NCBI GenBank assembly: GCA_030390025.1
Contig: JASTWF010000098.1
Location: 620,001 to 684,000 of the forward strand
Length of the DNA stretch: 64,000 nucleotides
Source of the DNA: Squalus acanthias
Taxonomy: Eukaryota
Reading direction: 5' to 3'
The translations under genes and the position numbers were made by a program. Of this stretch, positions 52,399 through 63,337 are shown piece after piece (the first letter of the stretch is position 1; each line of letters starts with the position of its first letter). The notes beneath the pieces are model-generated. The model did not search any database. It was not told where the DNA came from and saw only the letters and a program-made list of their open reading frames with translations.

Positions 52399-53502
52399 CA
52401 GGAGCTGGTGAAGCAGGGGCAAATAGAGATGAGGCAAAGATCTATTATTATTTATTGCGATCCCTGACGTGTCAGTGAACTAACAACAGATCACACCCTT
52501 GTCCAGCCACCTGGAGAACTGCACAGACACAAAGGCTCAGAATGGAATTACCCTGGGACTCACTCCATTCAATGCGGCCTGACTTTATTTTTATTAAACA
52601 TATACAAACACACGGGTACATGGAGCCACAAATACATAATGGTTAGTCATCAAATCTCTAAAAAAGTTTGTTTTTCTGTGTCCATTTACAAATCTAAAAA
52701 GGATTTAATAAAATTCTGGGGAAGTGAGTGTCCATTAGAGAGAAACATGATTCATTCCCTTCCTCCCCTGATGCACTGACTCCCACTGGGATAGGGTCGC
52801 TCAGGTGATGGATACCCTCCCTTCCTCTGAATCTGGACAGCGGCTGTCGGCAGTCGTTCGACTGTGGAATGCTTCACAGCTGAGCCTGATGCTGCCTTTG
52901 ATTAGTGTCCACGCATGCACTTTCCATCAGGGGGTCATTGCACAGTGATCAAAAGGGCCCCATTTGATTTCTAACCTAGCCAGGGGGACTGAGGCCAGTG
53001 GTAGTGTCTGACCGCCAGATACCCTGGCTAAAATCAGCTAACTCCAGCAGCACGGGGCGGGGGCGGGGTAGACCCTTCCTGGACTTTCAGTTACGCACCC
53101 AGCAAATAAAAATTGCACACATGCTTTCCAAACATTTGCCTGTTGGGTGACCCATATTCCTCTTTAAATATTCAATGGGAAAGATTTATTTCTGTCCACA
53201 AGGTGGCGACAAATCCCCTGTTTCGGCTTAGAGTGAACAGCAGCTGTCTGGGTAAAGTCGATCAGCATTAAGGCAGCTCTCCACACCCACAGCCCCCGGG
53301 GGAGAGGGAACACTGAGGGAGGTGCATTTAATACAGCTACTTAAAATAAGCCTCAGTATTGATGGGGTTAATATACTTTGTTACACTTTAAGATGATTAA
53401 AAGTGTTGATAGGGGAGATAGAGAGAAACTATTTCCTCTGGTTGGGGGGGGGGGGGGAAAGAGTCCAGAACAAGGGGCATAACCATAACCTTATTAAAAT
53501 TA

Positions 53503-54322
53503 CATAGAACTTCATCGAATATACAGCACGGAAACAGGCCATTCAGGCCCAACAGGTCCATGCCGGTGTTTATGCTCCACACGAGCCTCCTCCCCCTTCA
53601 TCTCGCCATATCCTTCTTTATTTTCTCCATCGTGTGTTTATCTAGCTTCAACCACTCCCTGTGGTAGCGAGTTCCACATTCTCACCACTCTCTGGGTAAA
53701 GAAGTTTCTGAATTCCCTTTCTGATTTCTTGACTATCTTGTATTGATGGCTTCTAGATTTGCTCTTCCCCACAAGTGGAAACACTCTACGTCCACGCTAT
53801 CAAACCCTTTCATAATTTTAAAGACCTCTATTAGGTCACCCCTCAGCCTTCTCTTTTCAAGCGAAAAAAGAGACCCAGCCTGTTCATCCTTTCCTGATAT
53901 GTATACCCTCGCATTTCTGGTATCATCCTTGTAAATCTTCTCTGCACCCTCTCCAGTGCCTCTATATCCTTTTTATAATACGGAGACCAGAACTGTACGC
54001 AGTACTCTAAGTGCGGTCTAACCAAGGTTCGATACAAGTTTAGCATAACTTCACTACTGTTCAATTCTATCCCTCGAGAAATAAACCCTAGTGCTTGGTT
54101 TGCTTTTTTTGTGGCTTTGTTAACCTGTGTCGCAACTTTTAGTGATTTGTGTATTTGTACTCCGAGATCCCTTTGCTCCTCTACCCCATTTAAATTCTTA
54201 ATTTCCAAGTAATAGGTGACCTCTTGATTTTGCTTACCAAAATGTAATACCTATTTATTAATGTCTTCTTGTAATTTTTTGCAGTTCTCCTCAATATTGA
54301 CAATCCCCCCAATTTGGTGTCG
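53503..54322 (-). mobile_element. CR1 LINE 3' fragment
   Basis: RDLGV...RPHLEYCVQFWSP...LERVQRRFTRMI. Confidence 0.9.
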
Positions 54323-54796
54323 TAATTAGAGCCAGGCTGTTCAGGGGTGATGTCAGGAAGCACTTCTTCACACAAAGGGTAGGGGAAATCTGGAACTCTC
54401 TCCCACAAAAAGCTATTGCGGCAGGGGGATAATTGGAGCTTTCAAAACTGAGATTGACAGATATTTGTTGGGCAAGGAAGGGCTACGGAACCAAGGCGGA
54501 TAAATGGAGTTAAGATACAGATCAGCCATGATCTAATTGAATGACGGTACAGGTTCGCTGGGCTGAATGACCTCCTCCTATTCCTAATTGACAAGTATGT
54601 GTGAGCCTGGGATAGTGGGCTGTGGTTGGCTCCTTGTGGGGGTGGGGGTGGGGGGGGAAGCCTGACTTGCTCAGTCTCCACGCGTGGCCCACGGATCGGA
54701 GGCCATAGAGGGGGCTGCACTGCAGAGGGTGGAAGGTCACCCTGGATCTGAGGGATTGAACGTGCAGACAAGGGTGAGGTGAAGTAAATCGGAGAG

Positions 54797-55395
54797 CCAT
54801 AGAATCTTACAGCACAGGAGGCCATTCGGCCCATCGTGCCTGTGCCGGCTCTTTGAAAGAGCTCTCCAATTAGTCCCACTCCCCCTGCTCTTTCCCCATA
54901 GCAAATTTCCCCCTTTTAGTATTTATCCAATTCCCTTTTGAAAGTTACAATTGAATCTGCTTCCACGGCCCCTTTCAGGCAGCGCATTCCAGATCACAAC
55001 AACTCGCTGCGTAAAAAACTCTCTTCACATCTCCACTTTGGTTCTTTTGCCAATCACCTTAAATCTGTGTCCTCTGGTTACCGACCCTTCTGCCAGTGGA
55101 TACACTGGTTTACTCTATCAAAATCCGTAACGATTTTGAACATCTCTATTAAATCTTTTCTTAACCTTCTCCGCTCTAAGGAGAACAACCCCAGCTTCTC
55201 CAGTCTCCCAACATAACTGAAGTCCCTCATCCCTGGTACCATTCTGGTAAATCTCCTCTGCACCCTCTCCAAGCCTTGACATCCTTCCTAAAGTGTGGGG
55301 CCCAGAATTGGACTCAATACTCCAGCCTAACCAGTGATTTATAAAGGTTTAGCATAACTTGCTTGTGTTTGTACTCTATGCCTCTATTTATAAAG
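54797..55395 (-). mobile_element. CR1 LINE 3' fragment downstream of the POLL stop
   Basis: ERVQRRFTRMVPG...; same family as 16892-17804. Confidence 0.9.
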
Positions 55396-55610
55396 AATCA
55401 GCTGCTTTGCTCACTGAGGGGGCGCTGTTCTGTGTTATTGACACGAGGCGGGGTGGGGTGGGGGTGGTGCTGAGAGCCACCACAGGCAGCTCAGCACGGA
55501 CCGCGAGTCGAACCTGGCTCGTTCCTGGCCAGTGTGGCTCAGTACTGCACCGGACGACGCACTTAGCCACCGGGTCACGGAGGGATGGGCTTTTGCCGTC
55601 CCCTCACGCC

Positions 55611-55972
55611 TCACCAGTCCCTTTCTCGCGGCTCCCTGTACGGCAGCCCCAGATGCTCAAAGACAGCTCGCTCGGTTGGCGTGGAGACGGTTACCCCGGC
55701 GCTGACCTTCGTGCTCCCCTTCCTCAGGACGTGGCGGTTCAGCGAGTGCTCCGACAGGCTCATCCCCTTTGTCTTGGCCAAGGCCCGCATGGACCGGTTA
55801 AAGTGCGCCGATCCGGTGAAGTACATCAGCGCGCAGACAAACTCGCTGTACGGCACCACGATGACATCGAGCCGCCGGTAACGGTGCCCGGGACCCGGGA
55901 GACGGCAAACGCCCAGATACTTCTTCTGATTCCCGCTGTCCTCCTGACTGACCAAGTCGTCGGTGAGAAATC
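55611..55972 (-). CDS. POLL: DNA polymerase lambda, last coding exon (GFLTDDLVS...RRLDVI...[13 protein letters not shown]...REPRERDW*)
   Basis: Pol X palm/thumb motifs; acceptor gttgaaag|GA; TGA at 55611-55613. Confidence 0.97.
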
Positions 55973-56073
55973 CTTTCAACGGGAAATTCAGGAGTTAATA
56001 AACTTCCAAAAAATATTCTTTGGGTTTATGAAAGTGAGAGATCTCTCTTAGAGATTTTAAAATCTACTCCATA

Positions 56074-58318
56074 CACTCCCAAGTCAGGTACAACAGGGTT
56101 AGATACAGAGTAAAGCTCCCTCCACACTGTCTCATCAAACACTCCCAGGGCAGGTACAGCACGGGTTAGATACAGAGTAAAGCTCCCTCTACACTGTCCC
56201 ATCAAACACTCCCAGGGCAGGTACAGCACGGGTTAGATACAGAGTAAAGCTCCCTCTACACTGTCCCATCAAACACTCCCAGGGCAGGTACAGCACGGGT
56301 TAGATACAGAGTAAAGCTCCCTCTACACTGTCCCATCAAACACTCCCAGGGCAGGTACAGCACGGGTTAGATACAGAGTAAAGCTCCCTCTACACTGTCC
56401 CATCAAACACTCCCAGGGCAGGTACAGCACGGGTTAGATACAGAGTAAAGCTCCCTCTACACTGTCCTATCTAACACTCCCAGGGCAGGGACAGCACGGG
56501 TTAGATACAGAGTAAAGCTCCCTCTACACTGTCCCATCAAACACTCTCAGGGCAGGTACAGCACGGGTTAGATACAGAGTAAAGCTCCCTCTACACTGTC
56601 CCATCAAACACTCCCAGGGCAGGTACAGCACGGGTTAGATACAGAGTAAAGCTCCCTCTACACTGTCCCATCAAACACTCCCAGGGCAGGTACAGCACGG
56701 GTTAGATACAGAGTAAAGCTCCCTCTACACTGTCCCATCAAACACTCCCAGGGCAGGTACAGCACGGGTTAGATACAGAGTAAAGCTCCCTCTACACTGT
56801 CCTATCTAACACTCCCAGGGCAGGTACAGCACGGGGTTAGATACAGAGTAAAGCTCCCTCTACACTGTCCCATCAAACACTCCCAGGGCAGGGACAGCAC
56901 GGGTTAGATACAGAGTAAAGCTCCCTCTACACTGTCCCATCAAACACTCCCAGGGCAGGGACAGCACGGGTTAGATACAGAGTAAAGCTCCCTCTACACT
57001 GTCCCATCAAACACTCCCAGGGCAGGGACAGCACGGGTTAGATACAGAGTAAAGCTCCCTCTACACTGTCCTATCTAACACTCCCAGGGCAGGGACAGCA
57101 CGGGTTAGATACAGAGTAAAGCTCCCTCTACACTGTCCCATCAAACACTCCCAGGACAGGTACAGCACGGGTTAGATACAGAGTAAAGCTCCCTCTACAC
57201 TGTCCCATCAAACACTCCCAGGACAGGTACAGCACGGGTTAGATACAGAGTAAAGCTCCCTCTACACTGTCCCATCAAACACTCCCAGGACAGGGACAGC
57301 ACGGGTTAGATACAGAGTAAAGCTCCCTCTACACTGTCCCATCAAACACTCCCAGGGCAGGTACAGCACGGGTTAGATACAGAGTAAAGCTCCCTCTACA
57401 CTGTCCCATCAAACACTCCCAGGGCAGGGACAGCACGGGTTAGATACAGAGTAAAGCTCCCTCTACACTGTCCTATCTAACACTCCCAGGGCAGGGACAG
57501 CACGGGTTAGATACAGAGTAAAGCTCCCTCTACACTGTCCCATCAAACACTCCCAGGACAGGTACAGCACGGGTTAGATACAGAGTAAAGCTCCCTCTAC
57601 ACTGTCCCATCAAACACTCCCAGGACAGGTACAGCACGGGTTAGATACAGAGTAAAGCTCCCTCTACACTGTCCCATCAAACACTCCCAGGACAGGTACA
57701 GCACGGGTTAGATACAGAGTAAAGCTCCCTCTACACTGTCCCATCAAACACTCCCAGGGCAGGGACAGCACGGGTTAGATACAGAGTAAAGCTCCCTCTA
57801 CACTGTCCCATCAAACACTCCCAGGGCAGGTACAGCACGGGTTAGATACAGAGTAAAGCTCCCTCTACACTGTCCCATCAAACACTCCCAGGGCAGGTAC
57901 AGCACGGGCTAGATACAGAGTAAAGCTCCCTCTACACTGTCCCATCAAACACTCCCAGGGCAGGTACAGCACGGGCTAGATACAGAGTAAAGCTCCCTCT
58001 ACACTGTCCCATCAAACACTCCCAGGGCAGGTACAGCACGGGTTAGATACAGAGTAAAGCTTCCTCTACACTGTCCCATCAAACACTCCCAGGGTAGGTA
58101 CAGCACGAGTTAGATACAGAGTAAAGCTCCCTCTACACTGTCCCATCAAACACTCCCAGGGTAGGTACAGCACGAGTTAGATACAGAGTAAAGCTCCCTC
58201 TACACTGTCCCATCAAACACTCCCAGGGCAGGTACAGCACGGGTTAGATACAGAGTAAAGCTCCCTCTACACTGTCCCATCAAACACTCCCAGGGCAGGT
58301 ACAGCACGGGTTAGATAC
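56074..58318. repeat. 67-bp minisatellite, about 33 copies, in the last POLL intron
   Basis: Unit cactcccagggcaggtacagcacgggttagatacagagtaaagctccctctacactgtcccatcaaa. Confidence 0.98.
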
Positions 58319-58880
58319 GGATAATCTGCTCCAACAATGTTTTTTAGTCCCAAATTCAGAAGTTCGCCAGGTATTGCACTAATTAGACACCAGCAGAACA
58401 CCCAGCGAATGAAGAGCTGTGCCCCACCCCTGGGACTCGTCACTGGCAAACCCAAGGCGCCTCTGATCATCCCCAATACACCAGGGCAGGCTCAAAGGGC
58501 CAAATAGTCTATTCCTGCTCCTATTTCTTATGTTCTTTCTTACGTACACCAGGGCGGGTAAAAGAAAAGAAAGACTTGCATTTCTCCAGCACCTTTCACA
58601 ACCTCAGGACAGCCCGAAGCGCTTTACAGCCAATGAAGTACTTTTTGAAGGGTAGCCTAAGAAACGCAGCAGCCAGTTTGCGCACAGCAAGCTCCAACAA
58701 GCAGCAATGTGATAATGACTAGATAATTTGATTTAGTGATGTTGATTGAGGGATAAATATTGGCCAAAACACCGGGGAGAACTCCCCTGCTCTTCTTCGA
58801 AATAGTGCCATGGGATCTTTTACGTCCGCCTGAGCGGGTAGACGGGGCCTCGGTTTAACGTCTCATCCGAAAGACGGCAC

Positions 58881-61759
58881 CTCCGACAGTGCAGCACTCC
58901 CTCAGTACTGCCCCTCCGACAGTACAGCACTCCCTCAGTACTGCCCCTCCGACAGTGCAGCGCTCCCTCAGTACTGCCCCTCCGACAGTGCAGCGCTCCC
59001 TCAGTACTGCCCCTCTGACAGTGCAGCGCTCCCTCAGTACTGCCCCTCCGACAGTGCAGCGCTCCCTCAGTACTGCCCCTCTGACAGTGCAGCGCTCCCT
59101 CAGTACTGCCCCTCCGACAGTGCGACGCTCCCTCAGTACTGCCCCTCCGACAGTGCAGCCCTCCCTCAGTACTGCCCCTCTGACAGTGCAGCGCTCCCTC
59201 AGTACTGCCCCTCTGACAGTGCAGCCCTCCCTCGGTACTGACCCTCCGACAGTGCAGCGCTCCCTCAGTACTGCCCCTCCGACAGTGCGACGCTCCCTCA
59301 GTAATGCCCCTCCGACAGTGCAGCGCTCCCTCAGTACAGGAAACTCTCGTTTAAACAGCACCAAATTATCCGGAATTCTCTAATAACCGGCAAAATTCAG
59401 GAGTAGGTTTTGAGGCTTCCGTATACTGTATATTTGTGGCTGTGTAACCGGGGTTCTCATACGTTTTGCCGTGTAACCATGGCTCCTGCACCTCTGGTTG
59501 TGTAACCGGGTCCCCTGAACCTGTGGCTGTGTAACCGGGGCTCCAGCACTTGTGGCTGTGGGAAGGGGCTCTTGTACCTTGGGCCATTGTCACTCCATGT
59601 TGCTTCGTTATCTGGAATTTTTAATCAACCGGCACCATCCCGGTCCCGTAGGTGCGGATACCAAAGAGTTTCCTGTACTGACCTTCCGACAGTGCAGCAC
59701 TCCCGCAGTACTGCCCCTCCGACAGTGCAGCACTCCCTCAGTACTGCCCCTCCGACAGTGCAGCACTCCCTCAGTACTGCCCCTCCGACAGTGCAGCACT
59801 CCCTCAGTACTGCCCCTCCGACAGTGCAGCACTCCCTCAGTACTGCCCCTCTGACAGTGCAGCACTCCCTCAGTACTGACCCTCCGACAGTGCAGCACTC
59901 CCTCAGTACTGACCCTCTGACAGTGCAGCGCTCCCTCAGTACTGCCCCTCCGACAGTACAGCACTCCCTCAGTACTGACCCTCTGACAGTGCAGCACTCC
60001 CTCAGTACTGCCACTCCGACAGTGCAGCGCTCCCTCAGTACTGCCCCTCCGACAGTGCGGCGCTCCCTCAGTACTGACCCTCTGACAGTGCAGCACTCCC
60101 TCAGTACTGACCCTCGGACAGTGCAGCACTCCCTCAGTACTGCCACTCCGACAGTGCAGCGCTCCCTCAGTACTGACCCTCTGACAGTGCAGCACTCCCT
60201 CAGTACTGACCCTCTGACAGTGCAGCACTCCCTCAGTACTGCCCCTCTGACAGTGCAGCACTCCCTCAGTACTGACCCTCCGACAGTGCAGCACTCCCTC
60301 AGTACTGACCCTCTGACAGTGCAGCGCTCCCTCAGTACTGCCCCTCCGACAGTACAGCACTCCCTCAGTACTGACCCTCTGACAGTGCAGCACTCCCTCA
60401 GTACTGCCACTCCGACAGTGCAGCGCTCCCTCAGTACTGCCCCTCCGACAGTGCGGCGCTCCCTCAGTACTGACCCTCTGACAGTGCAGCACTCCCTCAG
60501 TACTGACCCTCGGACAGTGCAGCACTCCCTCAGTACTGCCACTCCGACAGTGCAGCGCTCCCTCAGTACTGACCCTCTGACAGTGCAGCACTCCCTCAGT
60601 ACTGACCCTCTGACAGTGCAGCACTCCCTCAGTACTGCCCCTCCGACAGTGCAGCACTCCCTCAGTACTGACCCTCTGACAGTGCAGCACTCCCTCAGTA
60701 CTGACCCTCTGACAGTGCAGCACTCCCTCAGTACTGCCCCTCCGACAGTGCGGCGCTCCCTCAGTACTGACCCTCTGACAGTGCAGCACTCCCTCAGTAC
60801 TGACCCTCTGACAGTGCAGCACTCCCTCAGTACTGCCCCTCCGACAGTGCAGCGCTCCCTCAGTACTGACCCTCTGACAGTGCAGCACTCCCTCAGTACT
60901 GACCCTCTGACAGTGCAGCGCTCCCTCAGTACTGCCCCTCCGACAGTGCAGCGCTCCATCAGTACTGCCCCTCCGACAGTGCAGCGCTCCCTCAGTACTG
61001 ACCCTCTGACAGTGCAGCACTCCCTCAGTACTGCCCCTCCGACAGTGCAGCACTCCCTCAGTACTGACCCTCCGACAGTGCAGCGCTCCCTCAGTACTGC
61101 CCCTCCGACAGTGCAGCACTCCCTCAGTACTGCCCCTCCGACAGTGCAGCACTCCCTCAGTACTGCCGCTCCGACAGTGCAGCGCTCTCTCAGTACTGCC
61201 CCTCTGACAGTGCAGCGCTCCCTCAGTACTGCCCCTGTGACAGTGCAGCGCTCCCTCAGTACTGCCCCTCCGACAGTGCGGCGCTCCCTCAGTACTGCCC
61301 CTCCGACAGTGCAGCGCTCCCTCAGTACTGCCCCTCCGACAGTGCAGCACTCCCTCAGTACTGCCCCTCCGACAGTGCAGCACTCCCTCAGTACTGCCCC
61401 TCCGACAGTGCGGCGCTCCCTCAGTACTGCCCCTCCGACAGTGCAGCGCTCCCTCAGTACTGCCCCTCCGACAGTGCGGCGCTCCCTCAGTACTGCCCCT
61501 CCGACAGTGCAGCGCTCCCTCAGTACTGCCCCTCCGACAGTGCGGCGCTCCCTCAGTACTGCCCCTCCGACAGTGCAGCGCTCCCTCAGTACTGCCCCTC
61601 CGACAGTGCGGCGCTCCCTCAGTACTGCCCCTCCGACAGTGCAGCGCTCCCTCAGTACTGCCCCTCCGACAGTGCAGCGCTCCCTCAGTACTGCCCCTCC
61701 GACAGTGCAGCGCTCCCTCAGTACTGCCCCTCCGACAGTGCGGCGCTCCCTCAGTACTG
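58881..61759. repeat. 33-bp minisatellite, about 77 copies (14 + 63), split by a MITE
   Basis: Unit ccgacagtgcagc(a/g)ctccctcagtactg(c/a)ccct. Confidence 0.98.
59337..59675. mobile_element. Tc1/mariner-type MITE inserted in the 33-bp array
   Basis: TIRs CAGGAAACTCT / AGAGTTTCCTG; TA of cagTActg duplicated. Confidence 0.9.
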
Positions 61760-61950
61760 GCACTGGGAGTGTCGGCCTGGATTTTGTCTCTGGAGTGAGA
61801 CTTGAACCCACGACCTTCTGACTCAGAGGCGAGGGTGCTACCCACTGAGATCCTGCCCGGGGGCTCCGAGCTTCGCCTCCATCACGGGACTCTGCGCAGA
61901 CCAGCGCTCTGTCGCCTGTACCCGTTACCGCATCACCTCGCGACGCTCAC

Positions 61951-62119
61951 CCGTGTCCCTCAGACCGCCAAGGATTTTACTGAAAACGCCTCTGTGCGAT
62001 TTTCCGTCCGGGTGTGTGATGAGAACGTCCACATCCCCACAGGTGGGCTTCCCGCGTCGATAGGACCCACAGGCCAGAGCAATCAGGGCCGGATTAATCG
62101 AGTGAGCCATGTCACTCAC
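61951..62119 (-). CDS. POLL: DNA polymerase lambda, penultimate coding exon (VSDMAHSIN...[22 protein letters not shown]...LRDT)
   Basis: GSYRRG...GDVDVL nucleotidyltransferase motif; gtccag|GTG...ACGG|gtgagc; 169 nt, phase fits the last exon. Confidence 0.97.
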
Positions 62120-62157
62120 CTGGACAACACAGGGAAGAATGTTCGATAATGACTGAC

Positions 62158-62302
62158 CCTGGATTACTCCTCATCCCTCACTCCACTCCTCCAACACTGG
62201 ATTACTCCTCATCCCTCACTCCACTCCTCCAACACTGGATTACTCCTCATCCCTCACTCCACTCCTCCAACACTGGATTACTCCTCATCCCTCACTCCAC
62301 TC
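62158..62302. repeat. 38-bp tandem repeat, about 4 copies
   Basis: Unit cactggattactcctcatccctcactccactcctccaa. Confidence 0.93.
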
Positions 62303-62509
62303 TTGGCTGTTCCTCCAGTCCCTGCTCTTTGTCTCTCTCTCCCTGTCTGCCCCCACAATCACCCTGCCTCATGACCGCTCTCCCCTCCGTTAGACGCTTC
62401 TTAACTCACGCCTCCCCGATCCTGCTTTTTAATTTCTCCCGCCTCCTGTAAAACGCTCCAAAATGTGCACCTCTGTGAGGAGCGCTATATTAATGCATGG
62501 ATTTTGTAG

Positions 62510-62745
62510 TAAAGCCATTGAGTGTAACTACATTGTGAGGCGGCTGAAGGAATCTTGACAGATTCAGTCAAATCTAGCTAATCCGTGTGACACACAGATA
62601 GACGGTATAATCCTGTTAATCCCTTTCTCAACCCCTTACAGCCTCAATAGGGTCCCAGTGGTTGCTGTGAGTAATCCTATCACTGAACAATGGGCTTAGC
62701 TCCCCTCAAACTGACAATTGTTGGGCCTGGTGATTGATTTGTGAG
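62510..62745. promoter_or_regulatory. Candidate developmental enhancer in a POLL intron
   Basis: Four TAATCC within 100 bp plus AACAATG, CATTGT, TGACAG and TGATTGAT; no recognisable TE. Confidence 0.45.
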
Positions 62746-63337
62746 CTGAGACCGGCGCTCGCTCCCTCCGATCCCGGACAGGAGGCCCATTCCCTATTTA
62801 TGCTGCACAGTGAAGCGGGAACGACAGGCCCCACCCCCCTCCCCCGACGCACCGACATTCCTCAGGTTCGGCACTCCGTGGCCGGTGCGGCAGCTTCGAG
62901 CTGCTCGCTGTTCCCGTGACAACTGTCGGGGGCAGCTGTGCATGTGCGGGCATGCTCAGCAGGACCTGCCAATCACAGTTTGCCCCAGGGATCGGGGCGG
63001 GGAGGGGGAATCTGCAGTCCTGTGCATGTCTCTATTACACACCAGCTCTTAGCCGTGGGGACAGATTCCCTCATTGCTTCTTCTGCGCAAAATACTCCTG
63101 GGTCTCCCGACCAAGTTCAGTCGAAACCCTGGGATTTTGAGCCGTTTTGTTTTTCTCAGTGTCGCCTGTTCTGTAGCAGGGATTGGTTCATTTCCCGACA
63201 TTGCAACAGTGAGTACACTTCAACAACAACAAGTTGCATTTATATAGCACCTTTAACGTAGTAAAATGTCCCAAGGCGCTTCACAGGAGCGATTATCAGA
63301 CAAAATTTGACACCAAGCCACATAAGGAGATATTAGA

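Larger units (their letters stand above)
58561..61849 (-). mobile_element. DeuSINE (SacSINE1-like) expanded by an internal 33-bp array
   Basis: tRNA-like head at 61760-61849 (ctcagtgg...ggttcaagtc); Deu core and tail at 58561-58880 ending aaatgcaagtctttc. Confidence 0.88.

Noticed and set aside
52017-52478. Repetitive 153-aa and 95-aa ORFs
   Set aside because: Products of the 37-bp minisatellite
42186-52595. Poly(A) signals for OGA (ATTAAA 42186) and POLL (AATAAA on - at 52584 and 52590)
   Set aside because: Plausible, but there are many alternatives and they cannot be assigned without transcript data
55359-56051. 230-aa + strand ORF
   Set aside because: Antisense shadow of the GC-rich POLL last exon
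56074-61759. CRISPR-like appearance of the arrays
   Set aside because: Head-to-tail units with no unique spacers, no cas genes, vertebrate context
59572-61845. Three ORFs of 728-749 aa
   Set aside because: Artefacts of a 33-bp (11-codon) tandem repeat inside a SINE in a POLL intron; open on both strands
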